Source of the DNA: Macrostomum lignano
Taxonomy: Eukaryota
Assembly: GCA_002269645.1 (NCBI GenBank)
Contig: NIVC01002104.1
Span: forward strand, 19,773 to 83,772
Direction: 5' to 3'
Length of the DNA stretch: 64,000 nucleotides
A program made the position numbers and the translations under genes. The notes under the pieces were generated by a model that was not told the DNA's origin, did not search any database, and saw nothing but the letters and a program-made list of their open reading frames with translations. This document shows positions 1 to 9,644 of this stretch, piece by piece; position 1 is the first letter of the stretch, and every line of letters starts with the position of its first letter.

Positions 1-196
1 GGGGTTGTGACGCAATCATTCAATGCTTGGTATAACTTAATACTTTAACTTTCTAACAAATAACGAAGAATTAATTAACACTTGAAGCTAAATTTAGCAT
101 TAGGCGGACAGTGAAAGATTAAATGGTCGTAAAAAGTCGGAAGAGAGTTAAACAGGCTATAGTTAAAAGTAATAAAACTGGACCTCTTCGTGCGCC

Positions 197-662
197 ACGC
201 GCACGGAGAGTCCTAAATTATCGATGTACAACTACTATACAAAACGCTCACGCGTGCGGAGAGGTCTAAATTATCGATCGTGCAACTATTATACGAACCG
301 CTTACGCGCACGGAGAGGTCTAAATTATCGATCGTGCAACTATTATACGAACCGCTTACGCGCACGGAGAGGTCTAAATTATCGATCGTGCAACTATTAT
401 ACGAACCGCTTACGCGCACGGAGAGGTCTAAATTATCGATCGTGCAACTATTATACGAACCGCTTACGCGCACGGAGAGGTCTAAATTATCGATCGTGCA
501 ACTATTATACGAACCGCTTACGCGCGCGGAGGTCTAAATTATCGATCATGCAACTATTATACGAACCGCTTACGCGCACGGAGAGGTCTAAATTATCGAT
601 CATGCAACTATTATACAAAACGCTCACGCGCACGGGAGAGGTCTAAATTATCTATCGTGCAA
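197..662. repeat. 54-bp tandem repeat, about 8 copies
   Basis: GGAGAGGTCTAAATTATCGATCGTGCAACT recurs at 258, 312, 366 and onward (period 54). Overlapping ORFs show an 18-aa period. Confidence 0.95.
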
Positions 663-2289
663 CTACTTCGAAGTATTTAGAAGTATTTAGCAACTATTTA
701 GAAGTATTATACAAAACACTCTAAATAGATCGTAAACGCAATAGGACAAAAATAAAGCGGCCCAATTGAGGGCCACAATACGGAAAAATACGTAGAGGAA
801 ATAGGAAAAGATACGAATTTTGTCAGTTTATACACGCATGCATAAACCTGACTACGCGACTCCGCGCAGGCCACATGCAACTGCTGGACAATCGCCGAGT
901 ACTTCACGGTCGTCTGGCGTTCAACGTGATAGGAACTGCTGAACGATTCCTGCACGGCGGCTACGTGGAATGGGACGAGGTTTACAGCCGGATGCGAAGG
1001 CTCGAAGAGGCGGCCAGAGGCGACGCCAGAGAGGCGCAATAGGCCTTAATTTTTTTTCAAATAGTTTCATTCCTTTTCAGTGCTAAAAAGCATGTCGGTT
1101 AAAAGTTACTTAAATGCGGCTCTTTTAAAAAGAAATTTCTGCGTCGCTTCTAATGCCAACTCTGAGTTGAGGCCATGTGAACTGCTAAGAAGACAAGTAC
1201 GAGTAGATAGAGGAAGATAGAGGCTTCGATCAATACAACAGCCTGTCTATTAAAAAGTCTATTTTTTCTATTTTTCATACCTGGCAGTTCTCTTTTTCAC
1301 TCCCACTATTTGCTGAGCTATAGAGGCTGTATGAAAGAGTTGTGTGCGAAAAGACCTTAGGAATAAATGCCTTATACTGCTATATATATACGCTACTCTA
1401 AGTCCGCTCCGTGTTTTTGCCTAACACCCCACAACTTAGTTACATTTACAGCATTCTCTCACCCTCTCGGTGTGTTTACCCACACCTCTCCTCCACTGCT
1501 TGCGCGACTCCGTGATGCAGATGATTGACTGACACGATCGGGAGCTGGGAGACTGGCAGACCCTTGTCTGTCTCATCCAGCAGTGCATCTTGAAATATGG
1601 AATTTTCTCAGTAACCAAATCAAAAACTTCAGAACCAGATTCACTGATTAATTTAAGAAAGCGCTAGAAAAAAGTTAATTTTGCACTTCAGACTCAAAGC
1701 AATAGCAAATCGTTGTGGCTTGTTTTCAAATAAAATGACCCGTGATTTTCGCCCGTGTTCATTCATTAATATCGACCATTTTTGTGTACCTCCGTTAGTC
1801 AATTGGCCATAGAGAGAACCTAGCGCAAACTACGGGCCAGAGGAGGGGAGATAGAGGAGAGAATAAAGGAGAGGAGACAAGACGTGAGGAGGAATGAAAT
1901 AAGAGAAAGGAGGGGAGAGGAGAGAAGAGAGGAGAGGAAAGGAAAGGAGAGGAGAAAAGAGAGGAGAGGAAAGATTAGAGATTGAAGAGAGTTGAGAACA
2001 TATTTAGAGACACAAACCTTGAGCGGGCCTGATTTAGCCTACCCCTGAATAAGCTAATCAATAAGCTTTCCTAAACCCAAGTCTTATCCAAGAGGCCTCA
2101 ATTAACCGGGAGTATCGCAGCAACTTCTGCACGTTCCGTTTCAATGTTGCGATTGCGTAGAAAATTTTTATTTGGAAACATATAAACGTCAGAGTTGAAT
2201 GGTGCAGGACAATTTTCTCGAGTTCTAACAAGTACTGGGACAACAGGAAGACAATCGTGTAGAGGTGGCCTCGCTGAGGAGCTCTGGCA

Positions 2290-3009
2290 CTACATCAGCA
2301 CTCTGTCTTCTGTGCCGCCAGCTGATGAAGAAGCGACGCCTTTCTTTGGCAGCATCGCCGAGGTGACTTCCACTCCGGTGTCGAAGTCTTCAACATCGTC
2401 AATAATATCGCCATCGTCCTCTGGAACGGCGAGTGTCGCAAAGACGAAGTCCGGGGGCGTCTGAGGTGGAGGCAGGGGCGGCGGTGGTGCCAATGGCATT
2501 GGAGGCGGAGGCAGCGGAGGCCGCGTTGGCGGCGGCGCATTCAGCAAAGACGAGTCCTCCACTGCTGCACCGGAAGCAATGGATGCGGCTGCTGCTGCTG
2601 CTGCTGCAACGGAGGCGTTGCGTCGAGCTCGCGACCTCGCCCGAAGATGGCAGACCGTCATGCCGAGCGCCATCAGCGCCATCAGGACTGCCAGAATCGC
2701 GGCGGTCCTCAGCCCGTCCCAGGGGTCATAGTCTAGCCTTTCAATTCGTGACTTGACCCCGTCGTTGCGATAGTATTTGTACAGCTCGTCGAACGAGATC
2801 AATCGGCGATCTTTGAAAGCCTGCTGGAGGCGACTCGGCGAGACGGACCGAACAAGGCTGCCTTCTTCGGTACGATTGTTGGCGGAGACATCGGCGACCA
2901 CTGCGGGAACCATCGGGGGCATTGACTGTGCAGATCTGCTTTCTATCATCTCCCGAGAGCAGCTGCGGTCAGTGGCGGCCGGGCTCTGTATGCCTAAATG
3001 AACTCTCAT
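2290..3009 (-). CDS. Single-pass membrane protein, about 239 aa, with Pro-rich and acidic C-terminal tail; family unknown; true 5' end may be spliced
   Basis: GC-rich non-repetitive ORF. One hydrophobic helix (TAAILAVLMALMALGMTVC) followed by basic RARSRARR, then poly-Ala, poly-Pro and an acidic DDGDIIDDVEDFD segment. Confidence 0.7.
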   Translation of the reverse strand: MRVHLGIQSPAATDRSCSREMIESRSAQSMPPMVPAVVADVSANNRTEEGSLVRSVSPSRLQQAFKDRRLISFDELYKYYRNDGVKSRIERLDYDPWDGLRTAAILAVLMALMALGMTVCHLRARSRARRNASVAAAAAAAASIASGAAVEDSSLLNAPPPTRPPLPPPPMPLAPPPPLPPPQTPPDFVFATLAVPEDDGDIIDDVEDFDTGVEVTSAMLPKKGVASSSAGGTEDRVLM

Positions 3010-3699
3010 TTTTACCCCCCCCCCTCAGCTGCAGGGACAGCCAATCGGGAATCGAGGGGAGCAGAGAGGCCTACAGCTGGGCGCGGCTCCATGGACCTTA
3101 TTTATCTAGGTCTTTGCGCTGCTTTTTGCCGGAGTCAAGTTTCCTAATTTCCCTCGAGAAGGACAGTACAAATAGCTCTCAACAAAGCAGGGAAGAGGGA
3201 AAACTGACCCTGTTGCCATAGCATTGGGATCTGGGATGCTGCAGCAAGATTGGGATGCATTTTCATTGGAAGAATAGCTATAGGTACAACCTGTATCTTC
3301 CCTCGGATAGTCTATTGGAGAGCAGATCTTGAGTGGGGGGGGGACAAAATGTCACGTGAGAGCTCACCTCACGCGAATCTCTTGGGGGCAAATCCCCCTA
3401 TGCCAGGGCTTGAGCACTTGAGTTGGGGATTCCTGTTTTGTAGGATAGAAATTTGCTCGCCCCCTCTCGATTCTACTGATGAGGCCAACGATTTTGTTGG
3501 AAAGGGCCACCCAGGGACTTGAGGCGGGGCTCATATGCTCATATTAAGTGCATGAGCATTGGCGAAATAAGACATTTTCGATCGTCCACGTGAAACAAAC
3601 TTGAAGTGCTTCTCGGATATTCATCAACTACAGAGCTTGCTCGCAGCCTTAAAGCCAGAAAAGGCATTGCCTTGCTAGAATAACTATCTAGAAACATCC

Positions 3700-4140
3700 C
3701 ATAGTGACAGAGTGACATGGTGACAGAGTGACATGGTGACAGAGTGACATGGTGACAGAGTGACATGGTGACAGAGTGACATGGTGACAGAGTGACATGG
3801 TGACAGAGTGACATGGTGACAGAGTGACATGGTGACAGAGTGACATGGTGACAGAGTGACATGGTGACAGAGTGACATGGTGACAGAGTGACATGGTGAC
3901 AGAGTGACATGGTGACAGAGTGACATGGTGACAGAGTGACATGGTGACAGAGTGACATGGTGACAGAGTGACATGGTGACAGAGTGACATGGTGACAGAG
4001 TGACATGGTGACAGAGTGACATGGTGACAGAGTGACATGGTGACAGAGTGACATGGTGACAGAGTGACATGGTGACAGAGTGACATGGTGACAGAGTGAC
4101 AATGGACAGAGTGACGGTGGGCAGAGTGACATGGAGACAT
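3700..4140. repeat. 16-bp minisatellite (GTGACAGAGTGACATG)n
   Basis: Near-perfect tandem array; it produces the 3539-4146 pseudo-ORFs. Confidence 0.95.
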
Positions 4141-6995
4141 GCGCATTCTAATATAAGACTTAACTGTGAAATTTGAAATTTTAGGGAATAAAGGGAATAA
4201 TGAGAAATAATATTTTTACCAAATTATTAAGTCCACTCGTGCATGCCCTCAATGCAGTTGACGCTACTTAAATACGAAAATACGCAAAATACTAATAAAT
4301 ATTAATCTGAACGTGTGTCTAGATATCCAGACCTTAAGGGAATATGCACTACCTGGAATAGTGCATTATTCAATTATTCTTTTTGGCTTGTGTATCATAG
4401 ATAATATATAGTATTGCTACTCGTATTTATGGTTCATATATATTCATAAGTCCGCGGGCCCAGCCCAGTTGCTAGGGTTCACCCAAGCGGAGCAGGGCTA
4501 GAAGGATTCCCTCCACCATGCAGCCTCAGTCGCATGCCTGACTGACTGCATGGCGTGGCGTGAGGCCCTCCAATATAAAAGTGGGGCATTGAAAATCGCC
4601 ACAATGCCAAATATTTTTTTAAGAATAAGCCGCCGAGAAGCATCTTTGTGAGTCTGGGTCACGTTATCTACATCTTTGATGCGGAACTCTGTTGGAACTT
4701 TTAAAGAAAGTAAAGCTATTGTGTCGCGAGCTATTGTTGATGAAGGTAGTATTATCGCATCGTTCACTGTGCTCACTCAGTGTGATTCACTACATAGAGA
4801 GTGACTCATTCAGCGTGATTCACTATATGTAAGACTCTGTGTGAGACTCAGTTAGTGTGATTTTTCGTGTGTGATCCATCAGAGTGACTCATCGTGTGTG
4901 TGGTTCACTCGGTGTGTGTTTATTAGGATGCAATCTACTCACTCACTCATTCACTTATAGTGTGACTCTCACTCAGCAAGATTGCAGCCCGGACAGCATC
5001 CCACGGCTCATCCAGTTCCTTCGGGTGACAAGACGAGCCATTGTCTTCCCCACGGAAGATCACGCTGCAGGACGGACCGGCGGACCACCCTGACCGGCCC
5101 CCATGCCTCTGCCTGTCTGCTGGCCTTCAGGGGCTGGCGGAATGGGCGACCCTCGCCTCCCCGCTGTGTCTACGGACCACCCTGCAGCTGCAGCTGAGTC
5201 AAGTAAGTCAGCAAGATTGACTGTGCGTGGCTCACTTAAGAAGCTCGACTTATTCTTTGTCAAATTGAGTTGCCCCTGCTTCACTCATGACTCACAGAGC
5301 ATGGTTTGTGAATTGATAAACGTCACGTGATTGCCATACTTCAGACCAGAAGTTCATTATAATGCCTCTAGAAATTCAGGAAGCTCCCTGTGTTCCTTTC
5401 TCTTATAATTTCATTTCCAAGAAAAAAAGGACTGAGGGCGCGGCTTCAATCAAGGCGCAGACTTATTTTCTTCTGGCAGGCACAGCAGACAGGGAAAACT
5501 GCCTGCAGGCTATGTGGACAAGAAATGAAAATTTGTTGGCAATCAGAGATTGGCCCCCGAGGGGAAATGGCTCTCTGCTATCGCTAATGAGGCTGAAGCA
5601 GACTTCAGCATCTCAATTTTTCAAGCTAGTATAAATTCATCATTCCATATTCTGTATTATTTCTACAATAGTTTGATAACAAATACAGTTACGAATACTT
5701 TTTTATAATGTACCAAATCTTTGTAGAACTCTCCGGTATAGGCTAATCTCTATAAACTTACAGAAGCCGATCAAACAAGGTTTGTCAATCTTCAGCCTTA
5801 ACTCTACAAAAATTCAAACTCAAAGGCAAACCGCCTCACACTCGAGAGCTCACTACAAACGATTTTAGGCCCATAATTGAGTGTAAAAGAATTAAACTAA
5901 TAGACAATTATAGATAACTGACCTCAGTTCATGCGGTCTCTCCCTTCACAAAGCACTCAGATCGATGAATATATTATGAAAGCCAAAAAAGAAAGCTCAT
6001 TGACCTAAAAAGAAAAACAAGGGAAGCGAAACAGGCTATGATTCTAGAGATATGTATTTTGAGCAGAAGTGCAACTTCGATCGTTCTGCGATGAAGATCT
6101 TTATCGGTACCGGCTGTTTACACACATACTTGCAGTCTTCGGATGAGAATATACGATCGATATTGACGTTTTTTGTTTATCATCAGGCTATTAAAGCATT
6201 ACCACCTGTGTACAGGTACATCTCTAGCCATGTAAAATGGCTTGAGCTAGTGCTGCTGGAGCCAAATGCACTTCTATCCAACATCTATGCATGCATTGCA
6301 AAGATCGAAACAGCCAAGCTTTTATAGACACACGTCACACAATATTGCGTGTAGTTGCAGAACCTCACTCAAAACTGCAGTACAGCAAGTTATTCTACAT
6401 CCTTTTAGTTCCCTTTACCCAGACTCTCGGCCCATTAGCAGCAGCTGTGGCGCTGAACTCATCTTTTAACCGGACTCACGCGATTACGATCAATAAAAGG
6501 TAAACAGAAATTATGCTTCCTGCACGCGCGATGGTTATATTAAGTGATGGGTACAGATGCATATATATGCCGTACACTAATATCATCCACTTTAATTTAA
6601 CTCCGCGTGTATATATTTCTTAATTAATTTTCCCAACTCGCTCATTCTAAACACAATTAATTGACATGTACTTAAAAAAACTACTTACAGAACTCATGTA
6701 TTGTAATTATTATTTATTTGTAAATCATGCTTCTGGCCTATATATACTCGTAAGGTCAAAGCTGCACATGTTTGTAAAGTTATATTATGCTTCGATAACT
6801 TATAGGTGTAAGCATATAGCACGACTCCCGCCTCTCTACAAGAATGTTACGAGTACAAACCAAAGGATCACTGCACTAGGGCATACATAATTACATTAAT
6901 AGATCATCCATTACGTACTTGCCCTCATCCAGTGTAAAAGTGCGCTGTTGCTGTCACTTCAGGAGAGGACAATCACACATACATGTAAGTATAAG

Positions 6996-7355
6996 CAGGC
7001 GCGTCGCCACCGGGGGGACAGGGGGGACATGTTCCCCCCTGTAAAAACTATGGGGGACATGCCAATGCTTTGTCCCCCCACCCCATCTTGTGACTCGTTG
7101 TGCTAATCAATAATTTTTCTTCAGGGCGCCAAAATATAGCGCTTTCGGCGCCAAAATGAGTGCCTGCGTCGCTAAAATGAGTGCCTGCGTCGCTATAAAA
7201 GGAATGCCTGCGGTGCCAAAGTGAGTGATTGCGGCGCCAAAATGAGCGCTGACAAACACGATTCTCAAAATAATGGAAATGTAAAAAATTTAGTCATGTA
7301 CATGTTGAATTCTTGGCTTTGTCCCCCCACCATAAAATCCATGGCGACGCCCCTG
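6996..7355. mobile_element. hAT-type MITE, 360 bp, 14-bp TIRs, 8-bp TSD AGTATAAG
   Basis: Left end CAGGCGCGTCGCCA versus reverse complement of right end CAGGGGCGTCGCCA (1 mismatch). AGTATAAG at 6988-6995 and 7356-7363. Internal GGCGCCAAAAT-like repeats. CAG termini with an 8-bp TSD are typical of hAT. Confidence 0.85.
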
Positions 7356-8334
7356 AGTATAAGTCTTCAGGCCCCAGGCTTCAGGCACGTACTGATCCCG
7401 CGGAAAGGCCGGGATAGGGCGATAGCTACTTGAATAGGACGAAACGACGGCGCTTCGTCGACAGCTTGCTGGGTGATGCCCAGCAGCGCCCAAACTCTTG
7501 TTAAGCACTTAAACAGTAAGCCTTAAAAAAATAGTACTTTCAGCTCTTATAACCCTTTTAGATGTTTTAAGGTCTTATTCAGAGTGTTTAACGATTGTTT
7601 AACAATGTCTATTTTGGCGCAAATTTGAATCTAACGAAGGAAGCCAAGAAATTTTTCCAAATACATGCCCTATTATATATTGGCCAAACAGGCTAATTGC
7701 CTGAGCCAAATTCTTACTACTACTGAAACCTCAAGCCAGCACAATCATCATGGCTCTAGCCTCTTTGTGGCAAGGCAAATTAAGAGAAGGCCTAGACAAG
7801 AGTAAGGCAAAGCCCACATGAAAATATGTCTATTAGGCCTACTAATATTAATACTACTACTAGGCCTAACTATTACTATTACTTATATCCTTATTTATTG
7901 GGCAAATATTTATTTTCTGGACCTAATTAATAATGGCAGGTAATATTAATAAATTCAGGCAAACGCATAGCATATCGTATATATTATTTATTAGGCTAGG
8001 CCTAATTGTATTGTAGGGTAGGGCCCTGGCCTGGGTTTTTTTGCCAGAGACAAGGTGCGAAATCGCACCTTGTGCCAAATTTTAAGGTGCGATTTTAAGG
8101 CTCAGAGTGCAATTTCTCTTGAGTCTTATTTCAGACAACTGGGAATGTATATTTTAATATCTTAGATAAGGCTATAGTATAGCCATAGGCTATATGGCAT
8201 TCCTTCGGTTTACGATCATTTTTCCACCCACATTTCGGTTCACGATCCCCATGTAATTTTTCATATAAATGATCATAGCTTGCTTGAAATAAACAAAAAT
8301 TGTTAAACTGAGCTTAGGCCTATTCGTTACATTA

Positions 8335-9644
8335 CGAGGGTCACTCAGAAAGTTCTTAGCCTGAACACGAAAACAGCAACAAATGAACTAAAAAACGACT
8401 ACAAGTGCTCAAAATACTCTCCACCGGCATTGATACAGGCTTGCATCCTGTGAAACCAGCTGTCAAAGCACTGCCGCCAATCCTCATCCCGGAGCTCCTC
8501 GATGATGTTTTTGAACTCATTCACAGCTTCTTCCGGTGAAGAAAAGACCTGGCCCTTCAGAATCTCCTTGCACTTCGGAAACAGAAAAAAGTCGCACGGT
8601 GCCAGGTCTGGACTGTAAGCAGGGTGAGTCATCAGCTGGACCTCACAGTCAGCCAGAAACTCCAGAGTTTGAGCCGCCGTGTGCGCGCTGGCGTTGTCGT
8701 GGTGCAGCAGCACCCCGCGCATTCCGCACCTTGGGCGCCTCTGGCTCACAGCAGAAAAGACTTTGGGCAGGCAAACCGTTGTGTACCAGTCAGCGGTGAC
8801 TGTCTGGCGATCTTCAAGTGAAACGGAAGCCACATGCCCAGTGCGCATGAAGAAACAGGCCACCATCTGCTTGCCGACACTCCGGCTGCGTCGAAACTTG
8901 GTGGGGCTGTCCTCGTCTCCAAAGGTCCACATGGCTGACTGGCGCTTGCTTTCGGGGTCGTATTGATAAATCCAGGTCTCATCGCCAGTGAGGATGTCCC
9001 AGATACGCCGGCTGGTCCCAGATTCGAATTTCTGCAGCATGAATCGGCACCAAGCCACCCTGGTGTCCTTCTGCACGTCCGACAGCTGATGGGGGATCCA
9101 CCGGGAAGCCAGCTTCCGCACTCCAAGGTGTTCGTGCAGAATGGCGTGCACACTCCCCGATCCAATACCGATCTCCTGCTGGATCTGCTGGTAGGTCACT
9201 CGCCGGTCAGCGGCAATCATGCTGGTCACAGCGCAGATATTTTCTGGAGTCACTGCGTCACAGGGTCTCCCGGATCGATGTTCATCTTCGAGGCTTTCTC
9301 GACCTCGGCGAAACTCAGCGAACCAGTTTTTGACGGTTGCGTATGAAGGACATACATGAGTAAAAACGTTCTGTAAACTTTGATACGATTCGGCCGGCGA
9401 CTTGCCTTGCTTGAAGTGCAAGTACATCATTGCTCTGAAGTCGCGATTTTCCAGCTTCATTGTTGAATTGAAGAACTCAGGGGGTGAACTGACTTTAACT
9501 CGCTGCAGTGGACTCAAAAGTGGCTGCTTCTGTTTGAAATTTTTGTTGCAATACTTTTAAAAGTTGGTCTTTACCATAGACAAATTTCATGCTTCTACGT
9601 CTCGTGGATCCTACTCAGGCTAAAGACTTTCTGAGTGACCCTCG
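8335..9644 (-). mobile_element. Full-length mariner transposon, 1,310 bp, 30-bp TIRs, TA TSD
   Basis: TIR CGAGGGTCACTCAGAAAGTTCTTAGCCTGA versus right-end reverse complement with 2 mismatches. TA at 8333-8334 and 9645-9646. Confidence 0.95.
8399..9460 (-). CDS. Mariner DD34D transposase, 353 aa, intact
   Basis: ATG at 9460 (MKLENRDFR). Motifs WIPHQL, DETW, HHDNA and YSPDLAPCD, with 34 residues between the second and third catalytic Asp. No stops or frameshifts. Confidence 0.95.
   Translation of the reverse strand: MKLENRDFRAMMYLHFKQGKSPAESYQSLQNVFTHVCPSYATVKNWFAEFRRGRESLEDEHRSGRPCDAVTPENICAVTSMIAADRRVTYQQIQQEIGIGSGSVHAILHEHLGVRKLASRWIPHQLSDVQKDTRVAWCRFMLQKFESGTSRRIWDILTGDETWIYQYDPESKRQSAMWTFGDEDSPTKFRRSRSVGKQMVACFFMRTGHVASVSLEDRQTVTADWYTTVCLPKVFSAVSQRRPRCGMRGVLLHHDNASAHTAAQTLEFLADCEVQLMTHPAYSPDLAPCDFFLFPKCKEILKGQVFSSPEEAVNEFKNIIEELRDEDWRQCFDSWFHRMQACINAGGEYFEHL

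Noticed and set aside
197-662. Regularly spaced repeats as CRISPR arrays (also 25230-26290 and 9720-10557)
   Set aside because: No unique spacers and no cas genes; the context is a spliced eukaryotic genome.
946-956. ATTCCTGCACG matching the Crypton subterminal motif
   Set aside because: Isolated copy inside an apparent coding frame, with no companion motifs; likely chance.
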